From Amoebidium appalachense (taxonomy: Eukaryota; Protista; Ichthyosporea), in the NCBI GenBank assembly GCA_963693365.1, contig CAVNZM010000013.1, forward strand, positions 1,885,817-1,949,816: a DNA stretch of 64,000 nucleotides, written 5' to 3'. The position numbers were made by a program, and so were the translations under genes. Below, in pieces: positions 1 through 63,321 of the stretch (the first letter of the stretch is position 1; every line of letters starts with the position of its first letter). The notes under the pieces are model-generated. The model saw only the letters and a program-made list of their open reading frames with translations. It searched no databases and was not told the origin of the DNA.

Positions 1-150
1 TAACTCCCCCCTTCCCTCCCCCCCCTCCCCCTCACACACACACACACGCCCACACATGCACGCACACATGCAGGGATATGTGCACCAACATACTGACATA
101 AGTCATACACGAGCCCTTCACGCACACACGCATTCCACCCCCCCCCCCCC

Positions 151-193
<43 letters not shown>

Positions 194-291
194 CAGCCTG
201 CCCCCAAGTTCCAACCCCTCCTCTCTCTCTCTCTCCCCGCCCCCCCCCCCCCCTCCCCCCCTCTCCACACAAAACACACAACCCGACATAC

Positions 292-349
<58 letters not shown>

Positions 350-427
350 GCACACACACACACACACACACGCACACACACACACACACGCACACACGTG
401 TACACACACACACACACACACACACAC

Positions 428-31762
<31,335 letters not shown>

Positions 31763-34260
31763 TTTGTGTGCGCGTGTGTGTTTATGTGATTCTAAAGGGT
31801 ATGGTGTTGTGTTATTGAAATGCTCTGAAATGCATTATTGCTTTATTTAAATCCCTCCGTTCCGGTGTGTGTGCGAGTTGCGGGCTGAAACCCCCTGTGT
31901 ACAGTGTTGCCGTGGTTCTTCCAAGCACATATCTCTTCACTGTGAAAACTTTGCTACCAGATGTAAGGGTGTGTGTAACCCCCTACTCCTTGCCGGTAGT
32001 GAAGAATTCCCTCTTAGAGATTGGGGAAGATGGTTAGGAAGACGTTACTACGGCTTCTTTTTCCTGTTTGCTTTTTAGTTCTATATTCTCTGGTATATTC
32101 TCTCTGTGCATGCGTCCAGTAAAATCCTTGTGTCACATGTGCTAGCTTTCATATGGATCTTGCTCTTGGTTGGGTTGTTTCAAATGGCTCAACCGATGGC
32201 TACCGTATGCATGCGTATAACGTATAACCCCCCTTGTTCCTACCGTATAAATACGGTTTATAAAAAAACCCAGGAAAATTATTATAATGTGTAGGTCTTC
32301 GCAGTTGATATACGTAGAGGGGGCTTTCAACACGGAGCCATGACCATGAAAACGCGGAGGTTCGAACGTACACTGTACAGTACGTGCCACACGTCGAACT
32401 TGGTAACATGCCACCGCATTCCTAAAGTAAGGATATTTTTGTCCGGAATGCAACAAAGATCCCCCGCCAAGACGTGAGGAGGAAGGCTGGTAAAACAGCA
32501 GTTTGGGGCCCAAATACTCGTAACTATATAACTATATAATGGGAGGAGGAAATGGAAAGGTTACGTGGTTGGTTTTTCCTCCGTCATACCAAGAAAACTG
32601 GTGTTTTTGGACCACTACCAACCTAGGGGGGAATCGAAACAGCTCAAGTGAGGAATTTCGGGGTGTAACATGAACGAAAAGTGTACCTGATAATATAACT
32701 GAAAGGTGTACCATAAACTTCTAATATTGCTAGTTGCCGTATAAAATCAGGCTGGAGAAACACCATTAATGATGCACTACAGTAAGGAACGGCTGGTAGC
32801 CTTATAATGGTCATAAATGCTGCAGAAAGCTGCCAAAATGTCTCCATTCACAACCCAAAGCATTCAAATATTTCGTACCCTGAACCAGATCCCGCACCGG
32901 GGCTGGCCGCAGCAGTTTTATGCGCCAAGGTACAGATGCACATGTGCGCGTACGTAGTCAGTTGACATTTATTATCACCCGCCGGCAGTTGTGTCTCTGT
33001 GTATTAGGGTTGCTTTTTGGGTTGCCCTATTTCTTGCATTAATCTCTTAGTGTATTGATTTTGCGTATGACGCATATACGGAGGTGGGCGTGTGCCCGTC
33101 CGCCCGTTCTTTTTTTATCGCACGGTATGAGGTCTATTGAATTACGGAACTCCGATTGGCTGACGCGCATTCCTTAACCGTTTTAGATCGGCCTGTCGGG
33201 AGTTGACTCGTTCCAGGCACCCCCATTTCGTCAACATTTTTAGTTTTCGGAAACGAGTCTCAGGCTCAGTTAGTAAAACCAAGAAACAAAGAGCCAAGAG
33301 ATAAAATAGTACTAGCATCTCCTTCAGCTAATAGCACCACAAATCTAAAAAACTCAATTATTTTGCTGGTAAGAAGAGTCTTTACATGCACATACACGCA
33401 GTGCGTGACATCTGAAAACGAGGGCACGAAATATCCCAAAAATTTGATATCCACACGATACGCCCCGAAATACGAAGTTTGGGGGACGACCTATTTATCA
33501 CGATCGGAACTGAAAAGGAGGACTTACCGTACACTGGCAGAGCTGCGTCTCTCAAAACACACACCACAACCACATAGCATTTGAAAGGGGCTCGATGTGA
33601 GAGTGAAACCTCATGCACGTATTGATTCTTTACGGGTATAAACCGCTTTAGAAGTGCGTATAACGACTAGCTCTTGCACGCATATACACCTTTAAACTTT
33701 ACTTTCTGTGTTTAACTTTCCCCATTTTGAGGCCAGGTGTTTGGTGCATGGGCGAAGCACAGGCCTAAGCAGGTACACACGTGTCACAAATATTGTAGAA
33801 GTTCTCGATGATTCAAGCCCATAGCATGCTTTTTTCTAGGCAGAAAACTGGAAATCAATCGTAACTGAGAGGGTTTGCGCATTGTATCTCCTTTTTCATG
33901 ATCACACAGTCACATTTGTGTCTTGTTGCTTGATGATTCACACACGGGCCCACGCTCACCCTTTCTCTCAGCTTTCCCAACAGGAAGCAAGAATTTTGTA
34001 AAACCAGTCATCAGGATTTAGAAATTTTTCTTCCACCAATCTTTGTCTTCCGCCGACAAACCTTACGGTTAGCAAGCATGCACAGCTTTCCGACTCGAGT
34101 GTAATTCAACTCACGTGCACATGCTTCGGAAACCTTTGAGTAGTATGAGTTCATCTCTGAAGCGTCCTTTTGCTTCCGGTTCACCAGGCTGAGCCCGATC
34201 CCTCTAGATATCAAATATACACATAGTGCGGCGCATGTGGGTTAACCACATAACATCACC
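31763..34260. promoter_or_regulatory. Divergent intergenic/promoter region between the two GH18-like genes
   Basis: Head-to-head start codons 2.5 kb apart. The region is free of the microsatellites that fill the introns. No specific sites were identified. Confidence 0.45.
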
Positions 34261-39893
<5,633 letters not shown>

Positions 39894-40294
39894 GTACGTG
39901 TTGGATTGCCCCCCCCCCCCCCCCCCACCGCTTCCCCCTCTTCCACCCTCCCTTCCTTCCCTTTCTCCCCCCCCCCCCCCCCCCCCCCCCCTTTCCCTTC
40001 TCATTCACTTTCCCAAATTTGCATGCTGTGTTGAACGGTCAATACCATGTTTCCCTTCTCTTTGTTTTCATGTGTTAAGCGCACACACACTCTACCAGGC
40101 ATGCACATACATGTGTACATGCACACATGGACGAACCCACACACACACACACACACACACACTCCTCCCCCCCCCCCCCCCCCCCCCCCCTCCCCCCCCC
40201 CCCCCCCCCCCCCCCGGGGGTTAACCACGAGGACCACCCTGAAGCAAGTGTACAACGAGCACAAACACCCCTACCCCCCACCTCACTTCCAAAA

Positions 40295-40336
<42 letters not shown>

Positions 40337-40383
40337 GCACACACACACACACACATACACCCACACACACACCAACCACAAAA

Positions 40384-40444
<61 letters not shown>

Positions 40445-40466
40445 CACGCACATACGCGCGCGCGCA

Positions 40467-40540
<74 letters not shown>

Positions 40541-40615
40541 TCGTGTATGTGTCCGGATATGTAATGATTGTGCGTTGCCACCCCTATCAGCGAAGTAGCG
40601 AATGGTCACTCTCGG

Positions 40616-40709
<94 letters not shown>

Positions 40710-40803
40710 AGACAAAAAAAGAGACAAAAAAAAAAAAAAAAAGAAAAGAAAAAAAAAGCTGAGCCGGCACGTGTTGGCACAACTGGAACCTATTCGTCCA
40801 TCC

Positions 40804-40844
<41 letters not shown>

Positions 40845-40903
40845 CCCCCCCCCCCCCCCCCCCCCTTCCCCCCGCTGCCGCCCCGGCTGTCCCTACACAC
40901 AGA

Positions 40904-41002
<99 letters not shown>

Positions 41003-41117
41003 ACCACCACCACCACCACCACCACCACCCCTTCTTTCTTTCTTCTTCTTCTTCTTCTTTTTTTTTTTTTTTTTGCTACGACACATCCCGATAAAAACAT
41101 CTCTACTGACATCATGA

Positions 41118-41208
41118 TCGATAACAGGTGCCATTACCATGATCACACAGCAATGCCGATTGCGATAACAGGTGCCATTACCATGATCACACAGCAATGC
41201 CGGTTGCG
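41118..41208. repeat. ~45-bp tandem duplication
   Basis: CGATAACAGGTGCCATTACCATGATCACACAGCAATGCCG(A/G)TTGCG occurs twice. Confidence 0.8.
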
Positions 41209-41718
41209 TTATTAGGCCGACTAGAAATTCGGAGGTACTCAGGAAATTATGCTACGCTTCAAGCCTATAGACCCCATGAGCCCACCTGTCACCGCGTTGG
41301 TATGTTTGATCAGACGATTACTTGCCTTTGAGTGAAGGTTTACTGAATTCACCTAGTTTTTGGTAGATTCCATTTGTTGCGTTGTTCTACTATTTGATGT
41401 AAATCAGAGTGATTGTATATGCTTATGCATAGTTTATTATTATTATTGTTATTACGTTTTTCCGATTCCAATTTCCGATAGATCAATAGTTTATCAATTC
41501 AGCTTAACTCTGGTTTTGATTGGTTGGTATCTGTGCGATTTTGATGTGTGAGGGCCGACACACCGATAACTCATTGGAATACATTCAGTGTAAATCCTTT
41601 GCGCTTCCTTCCTTTTTTTTTTTTCTTGAGCCGAGTTTCTTTTTTTTTTTCGGGGCCTTATCTACCCATCTCATGTACCTGAGTATGGGGGCATGCATTC
41701 ATTTGCAGATACCCACAC

Positions 41719-41724
<6 letters not shown>

Positions 41725-41757
<33 letters not shown>

Positions 41758-41788
41758 CACAAACACACGCACACGCACATGCACACGC

Positions 41789-41820
<32 letters not shown>

Positions 41821-41872
41821 GAACGTACACACACACGAACGTACACACACGAACGTACACACGTACACACAC

Positions 41873-41939
<67 letters not shown>

Positions 41940-42015
41940 CGTACACACACGAATGTACACACGTACACACACACACGCACACACACGCACACACACACAC
42001 ACACACACACACGAA

Positions 42016-42075
<60 letters not shown>

Positions 42076-42314
42076 CGTACACACACGAACGTACACACGT
42101 ACACACACACACACACACACACGAACGTACACACACGAACTTACACACGTACACACACACACACACACACGCACGCACACACACACACACACATACACAC
42201 GAACGTACACACACGAACGTACACACGTATACACACACACACACACACGCACACACACACACACACATACACACGAACGTACACACGTACACACACACAC
42301 ACACGTACACGCAC

Positions 42315-42351
<37 letters not shown>

Positions 42352-42362
42352 CGTACACATGC
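41725..42362. repeat. (CA)n-derived compound microsatellite with interspersed CGAACGTA/CGAGCGTA motifs
   Basis: Direct inspection. Confidence 0.85.
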
Positions 42363-42621
42363 ACACATGGTTACACGGCCTTCGGGCTGGGCGCGCAGCA
42401 CACAAGTTGTCATTGGTATACAGCCTGATGTGTATCTAGCAGTAGAGATAAATTTGTTGACAGTATGTTACATGTTCAAGTTGGTTGCAGTGACGTTTTA
42501 TTGATTCGTCCAGTAATCGACATTGCTTATGAAAATACATCGACATGTAATGAGCTCAAGTGCCCCCCTGCCCCCCCCCCTTAACCTCGAGCTCCCCCCC
42601 CCTCCCCCTCCCCCCCCCCCC

Positions 42622-42652
<31 letters not shown>

Positions 42653-42711
42653 GCACACACACCCAACCCCCCTCCCCCCTTGCCACACACGTGAATACAC
42701 ACGCGCGCGCG

Positions 42712-42756
<45 letters not shown>

Positions 42757-42767
42757 ACACACACGTG

Positions 42768-42806
<39 letters not shown>

Positions 42807-43541
42807 AAAAGAAAGAAAGAAAGAAAGGAACTCTTTGCCAAATAAAATATCTTGACAGAAAAGAAAAGAAAGTAGAAGACAAACGTATAAGAAGAACTGA
42901 AGAAGAATTCGAAAAAACTGGAGCAAACCAAAAAACACAGGTGACAGCTTTAGGTTGGCCAATCAAAAGGCACCTCCCTCGTTAATGTCAAGGCTTTTGG
43001 GAAAACTTCTATATACCTCTCACCTATTTCGCCTCGTGTGCATGTCCACTCAACATCTATCTTCACACTGCTAGTTTAGAACAATTAGATATATATCTCA
43101 TAACAAGAATTGTTTTAGCTGGTTTTTCTTTTCCTACACATGAATACAGAGCTTCCCGAGTCCAATTCCTCTCTAATATGTCACAAGGACAAGGTCGGCC
43201 TCCCTCAATAATATATCATCCCTGGCTAAGATTTATGCACTCAGGTGTTATGATATTCGCGGATCCGCGACCTACAAGAATGCTATTATTAGAAATCTAA
43301 CGGGTCTGACTGATTGGTCCGTATCTATAAATAGGCCCTCATACCAGAGGGCCAAGATCCACATACAAGATGGTTTTGGCACTTCGCGAAAGGTCGCCGG
43401 TGTCACAGGCCATCCCATACACACACGTGAGTCGCTCGTCCGTTTGTTGGGCGGCGAAAAGGGACAACTGGTTTTTCTCCATCTTCCTTTTTTCTTTCTC
43501 TGTTGATACTTTTTAGTTTATTCCTTTGGAAGTGTGCGAGC

Positions 43542-43763
43542 ATGTCTCTGTATATTGGCCGCCTAGGGCCTGAGGTTCGCTCTGGCGACCTCGAGGATGT
43601 CTTTTCGCGGTACGGCCGCTTGAATCGCTGCGAGGTTAAACCTGGAGGTGGGTGGACCCATTTTTTTCTCATCCAAAAAAAGAAGAAAGTTCTCTTTATG
43701 TCTCTTTTTCGCCTTTTTAATGGGGGGGAGAATTGGTGTGTTTGTTAACCACCTTTTTTTTTT

Positions 43764-43812
<49 letters not shown>

Positions 43813-45098
43813 ACCACCTGGTTTGCCTGCTGTTGTGAACGTTTGTGGCACCGGGGTGAGCGTGGGTTCGTGTCTTTATGACGTGTCCCAGTCAGTCGTC
43901 CGCTGGTTAGGAGGGCACAACATTTTCCATTTGCTTCTCCTTCCTAGAATACCAATGCACTCCTCAGTTCTACCCACTCCAAAGTGTAAATACATTCTTT
44001 GTCCTCTTTAGTACGAGCATGGTCGTCTCCTTCTCCCACTGCTCCCAACGCAATCCCCCCCCCCCCCCCCCCCCTTCACACGACCCGCCCCTCCCCCCCC
44101 CCCCCCCCCCTCCAGCCTACACAAGCACACACATACAATAACTATACATGGAACACAAAAAAAAACACCCCCCACTTCCTCCACTCTTTATCTCTCTGTG
44201 CCTGCCTGACTCCTGCCGGCTGCATCCCTTCGGGTCGACCCCTAGCTGCCCCCATCTGTGGCCCCACCCCTGCCCTAGCCTTGTAGCCCGGCCCACACGT
44301 TGCCTGCCTAGCCCGGCCCGGCCCGGCCCGGCTGGGGGTACGTTTGCTGCTATGCAGACGACGGCTGGCGAGGGATGGTGTTCTTGCATAGTGCAAGCGT
44401 AAAAGGCTTAATGAAGTTGCAGTTTTTGGTTAATATCAATTTTTTCGCTTGCGCAGTGTGTTTTGTCTCTACACTGTAGGTGTGCACCGCCCGGGAAGGG
44501 GGGAGGAGTGGGTGGAGGGGTCCGCATGGTGCGAGCTTAGGGTGCTTTTGCCACGCAGGATGTGTGTCATGTCGAGACGGAGCAGCACCAGGATCACTTG
44601 TTAATTTGCTCCTTTGGACTTACAAACCATCTCTGTGGTTTGAAGATGAGAGACACGACTGACACTGTGCTTTGCCTCTGTCCCTCTCCTTCATCACCCC
44701 CCCCCCCCCCCCCCCCCCTCTCCCTCCCTACCTTATGCGTATGCGCACATTCAAACACAACTACAGGTTTCGGGTTTATTGACTTCGAAGACAAGCGTGA
44801 TGCCGAGGTGAGTGACACTTTCCTTCTCTGTCACTTATCAGTGTGGTAATAGATCACACTGCGGCAAATGAAATCGTGGCGTTGTCAATTCAAAGGGCCT
44901 TCTTTCCGCTGTGTTATAGATATGGCGAAAAATGGTACTTTTGGTTCCACAAACCCTCCTCCTCCCCTTTTTCTCAGCACATACACTCGCACTTCTTGTA
45001 CGGGATATGCCAATTATTGTTGGCTTGTCCTCGCTGGAGCCAGCATTTCTTTGGGGGAGAGAAAGTGGGCGTGTGTGTTTTTGTTTGGTGGTGGTGGT

Positions 45099-45133
<35 letters not shown>

Positions 45134-45628
45134 ACTGAGACGTGTGTGTGTGTGTGTGTGTGTGTTCGGTGTGGGGGGGGGGGGAGGGGGAGGATGGCGG
45201 AATCTTCTGCTCATCCACTTTTTTGAGAGGCTGCATGCATTTCTCAATGGCGTTTCTTGAATTCTCCTTGTATGACGATTCGGAATTCGGCAAATTTCGA
45301 CATCCCATGTATGCATAAAACCGATCAGTGCGCTCATTTTTCTTGGCGTCAGCCGGCCGCGAGCTACATAATGACGTCAGTATGATGTTTCATTTAGAAA
45401 GACCGGACATAGTAAGTTAGTAACTGACGTTTCGCAATCTTATTTCAGGACGCAATGAAGGAGGAGAATGGCCGCAACATTCGCAACTCGCGCTTGGTGA
45501 TTGAGTGGGCGAGGGGTCCCGGTAGGCGACTGGATAGCGATGAGTGTTTCCGTTGCGGCAAGCCGGGACACTTTGCACGTGACTGCCTCAATATGCCCTC
45601 ATACCGCAGGTGAGTGGGTGTGAGAGGT

Positions 45629-45659
<31 letters not shown>

Positions 45660-45715
45660 GGGGTATGTGTGTGTGAATATGAATGCTTGAAGATGTGCTC
45701 ATACTGCAAGTGTGT

Positions 45716-45746
<31 letters not shown>

Positions 45747-46393
45747 GATGGGGTGGGGGGGGAGGGGGAGGAGTATGTGTGGGTGCATGTACGTGTGGGT
45801 GTATGTGTGTGTGCGTATGGGACATGCGCTCAAAAAAAGGGGGGGGGGGGGTATGTGTGGGTATGTGTGATGAGGGGGGTTATGTGTTTTTTTTCATGCA
45901 GGTGTGTGTGTGGGGGGGGGGGGGGGGGGTAGTTGTGTATGTACGTTTGAGTTTGTGCAGATGTGTTTGTGTGAACGTGTTGGTGTGTGTGTGTGTGTGT
46001 GTGTGTGCCCGTGCAATATGGGTGTGTTCGTCTGTTTTGGTGTGTGCGTGTGCTGGTGTGTATACCTCTGTCTAGTCTCTTAGTCTAATCTCACAATCTA
46101 ATCTATTTACATCTTTCAGCCGGTCACCCTACGGCTATCGCCGCCGCAGCCGCAGTCGCTCCCGATCCCGCTCCCCCTACCGTAGGAGGTCTCCATCCCC
46201 CCGTCGCCGCAGATCCCCATCTAGATCTAGATCTAGATCCCCCCGTCGTAGATCCCCCTCCAGATCTCCCCGTCGTAGATCCCCCTCTCCCCGCAGATCT
46301 CCGTCCCCTCGGCGCAGGTCTCCCTCCCCTCGTAGATCCCCGTCTCCCCGTAGGTCGGCGTCTCCCCGGAGATCCGGCTCCCCTGCCTCATAA
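43542..46393 (+). CDS. SRSF7: SR splicing factor, RRM + CCHC zinc knuckle + RS/SP domain (SRSF7/9G8/RSZ-like)
   Basis: Exons 43542-43647, 44767-44807, 45449-45609, 46120-46393. RNP2 LYIGRL, RNP1 GFGFIDF followed by EDKRDAEDA, knuckle CFRCGKPGHFARDC, long RSRSRSP/RRSPSP tail and a TAA stop. The symbol is by architecture; orthology was not tested. Confidence 0.9.
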
Positions 46394-46770
46394 TGGATAT
46401 TGAGATGGGTGCATTAAGGTGCAGCTGAGATTATTGATGTAGTGGTACCGTGTGATAAGTGGAAGTCAGGAGACGGATAAGGGATTAGGTGTGTTTTTTT
46501 GGCTGTTTGTGTGGATTTGGGGACAAATATGGAGAACTGTACCACAGGTGAATTGAGTTTCGGCTCACGAAGTTTAAACGCAAACAGATGTGTATAGGCG
46601 AGTAGAAGGAGGAGGAGGAATGGATTTTTCAGAATCGATGTTTGCTTGGTGGTAAGGGCTGTGCCCTTTTTACCGCATGCTGCATTGCCAGTATCTAATG
46701 GAAATCTCTCGGTTGTTTTCAAGGGATCCCTTTGTTTCTCTGATATTGTTTGAGATATCGTGTATAGTTA

Positions 46771-46991
46771 TCAATAAAAATATTGTTCCCTTTACATGGG
46801 TGTGTGTTGACGAACATGGCTCGTTGTCCTTCTATCATGCATATAGTTTTCAATAAAAATGTTGTTCCCTTTACATGGGTGTGTGTTGACGAACGTGGCC
46901 CGTTGTCCTTCCATCATCATGTAGAGTTTTCAATGAAAATGTTGTTCCCTTTACATGGGTGTGTGTTGACGAACGTGGCCGGTTGTCCTTC
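46771..46991 (+). repeat. ~80-bp tandem repeat x3 in the SR-gene 3' region, containing polyadenylation-like signals
   Basis: Units begin TCAATAAAAA, TCAATAAAAA and TCAATGAAAA, each followed by TTGTTCCCTTTACATGGGTGTGTGTTGACGAAC. Confidence 0.85.
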
Positions 46992-47036
46992 AGCTTTACT
47001 GCTGCTTCTCTTTGTGTATTACCCCCTGTTTACCCT

Positions 47037-47071
<35 letters not shown>

Positions 47072-47223
47072 ACCTCTTGTGTTGCATTACCCGTATATTC
47101 CCTGTTACGAGACTTGAGTTATATGGGTGGGTCGTTCTTTCATCGTGCGGATCAGAGACGAAGCGAGAAGGCAACAGGCAATAGCAGTGGGGAAGGCTCA
47201 GGGTCATAGTTGCAGTAGCGCGC

Positions 47224-47274
<51 letters not shown>

Positions 47275-47919
47275 GTGGTGGTGGTGGTGTGTGGGGAGGA
47301 GGGGGGGGGGAGGGGGGGCTTTAGAGGCTACGCGTACATATATGGGCAGCTGCAGCGTGTGCACAGCAGCTAACTTGACTTTCACTTTATTTCATTTGGC
47401 CACAGAGCTGAGTACGTACACACACTTAGTAGATGCATGCAAGTACCAATGTTAACTGTTACCAAGCACACTTAGTATTCGTAGCTATCTAATTCAATGT
47501 AGCACATATAACTAGAACTACCTATATATAGCAAATATAACCGGAACATATTGGTGGGAATCATGGGCTAATAACCAGTGGTCTATTATCAGCTTGAGGT
47601 ACCAGCAGAGAAATTGAGAGAAAAAGAAGAGAAAATAAATTAAAAAACCAAAGAAAAAAGAAGTTTCAGGGCAAAAAAGGAGAAGAGAACTTGCTATACT
47701 AGCGGGAACGTTCAAATGATAATCGACATGCAGTTGATCATTGCGCACAACCAAGAGTCACACGTGCACCCTCTAGATAGATATACTTTCTGAGATAGCA
47801 AGCAAATTCCAGATAAACTCAGTGTAAAATTAAATTAACGGTGAAGTACCAGGTTTCTACCGGCCCGAGAGTGCAGTGGAAGGATCCAGTTCCGATTAAA
47901 ACCCCCGGTTGCCAACAAC

Positions 47920-47951
<32 letters not shown>

Positions 47952-48075
47952 TTCCACACACACCAGCTAAATTGGGTGCCGGATAGGTTTACCGTCACTC
48001 CAAACCGTAGCCAATCACATTCATCGTTAAAGAAAGGCCTGTAAAGCTCACCCACCCATACCACCACATCCCTTT

Positions 48076-56677
<8,602 letters not shown>

Positions 56678-57710
56678 TTTTCCTATGTGCAACCCACCCT
56701 AGGTTTATGTGGCAGGAAACGTGAAACGGAAGGAGTAGGAGGAACAAAGAAAAAAAAAAAAAAAAAAACGCTTATATTGGCAGAGAGCAGTAAACACACG
56801 GTAAGACTCTAAGAGAACGCCGTAGCGTGCGGGGAACGTAGACTTTTTTTTCGTTATCTCCCGATACTCCTTCATTAGATGCAAAATAAACAAACTTTTA
56901 AATTAAGGTATCTTGGTGTTATCCGCAGTTCGTCACGTCGATCACATTCACGATGCGGGCACGGTAAGGCAGGAAAGCAAGGGCTACATGATAGACTAAG
57001 GTTATTATTATTGTGGTAATTTGGGGACCCATAGGATAGAAAAGGCGTGAGTCCAAAGTATTAGTTAATATGCAATCAAGATTTTCACAAAGTGCAATGG
57101 CATTGCAATGGCATCTCAATCTGTTGAAACTAAAGATATCTCGTCGAGATTTGTTAAGAATTTGAGTAGGAATCGTGAGTTTAGGGTGCTTTTTGCTACA
57201 AAGATATCCAATCAGGCACCGTAACTATTTTGAAAAACCAATCAGGAATTTCTTGGCGGCACGTTACGGTTCAAACGTTTGAATTTTTCACGCGTCGCTA
57301 GGGAGAACACACACCTTTATAGCTCTCAAAAGGTGCAAAAAGTCGGAAACAAATACTCATCATTGAATTTTTTTGGCACAAGCGGGTTACGTAAAAACAG
57401 TTCTAAGCATATTGAGTCATTGACATGCCGCATCACGCCCGGCCCGGCCGGCAACATCGGATCTAAATAGCCACGGGATGTTCCGGGGTTAGCACTCTCT
57501 GTTCTTTTCAGAGAATATTCGGGGAGTTTGACACAATTGCCAGAGTGATTGACCAGTTATATGCGTTGATTTGGGCTTCTGATTTCGTAAGAACGATATG
57601 TGTGGGTTTGTAGATAACGTAATGCAAACCCTGTATGTGTTTCGTGTATTCACCAATCATTTCAAGTTTGGAGTGCGCTCTCCCTCTCTCTCTCTCTCTC
57701 CAGGCTCATC

Positions 57711-57774
<64 letters not shown>

Positions 57775-58386
57775 TCTCGCTCTGAGGCTCTCTCTCTCTC
57801 TCTCTCTCTCTCCTGCTACCTTCTGAGGTAGCTCTTATTTTTCGAGGCCGACGCGGACGATCCGGAGAGCGGCTGATCACGTGACTCACCTGCCCTTGCT
57901 CAGCCAGCGTCGATCTATTCGTACATAGGCAAGAGGGCACAGTCAGTACGTGCCAGCTCTCTCTCTCTCTCTTTCTCTTTCTCTCTCTCTCTCCCTCCCT
58001 CCCTCCCTCCCTCCCTCCCTCCCTCCCTCCCTCCCTCCCTCCCCCCCTCCCTCCCTCCCTCCCTCCCTCCCTCCCCTCCCCCCCCCCCCCCCCCCCCCCC
58101 GTGCAATCAGCTCTCTCCCCTTGCCTTACCCCCCGTATGTAACTCTGTCTCTACCTCTCGTCCTACGTGCACGACGAAAGCTTTACCTAGAACGTAAATC
58201 AACCACCAGATCCTGCTGAAGATCACTTCAATCACTAGCTAATAAAAGTATGTATATATTGGGTCTCGATCTGCTGCAGAATTTCGTTCCCGTCCTTTCT
58301 ACCACCTACCACCGAAGACTGAGTCTATTTGTGCAGAAGAAGCCTCCTTTTACACAATCTGTATTTATCACAAATAAGAACTCAAC

Positions 58387-63134
<4,748 letters not shown>

Positions 63135-63321
63135 GTAACAACTCCCCCCTTCGGGACTTAATTCTTTTCAGCTGGTGTAGTATGTTAGCCAGGGAAGTAT
63201 CGACTTAGGTATCGACGGGGGAGCTTCCTAGAAGCCCCGTCTCCTGAGTTCCTATCTATATTTTTCTTGCTTCTGCTTACTGCTGCAACTTTAACCCCCG
63301 GCCTTTCCCACTGCCCTTGCC

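Noticed and set aside
32100-34214. Short ORFs in the intergenic region between the GH18 genes
   Set aside because: No recognisable motifs or exon structure.
41210-41331. Candidate last exon of the plus-strand GH18 gene
   Set aside because: Several acceptors and frames are possible, and none can be supported without transcripts.
45381-45428. Box C/D snoRNA (ATGATG...CTGA)
   Set aside because: Only ~46 nt, overlaps the branch point, and has no recognisable guide sequence.
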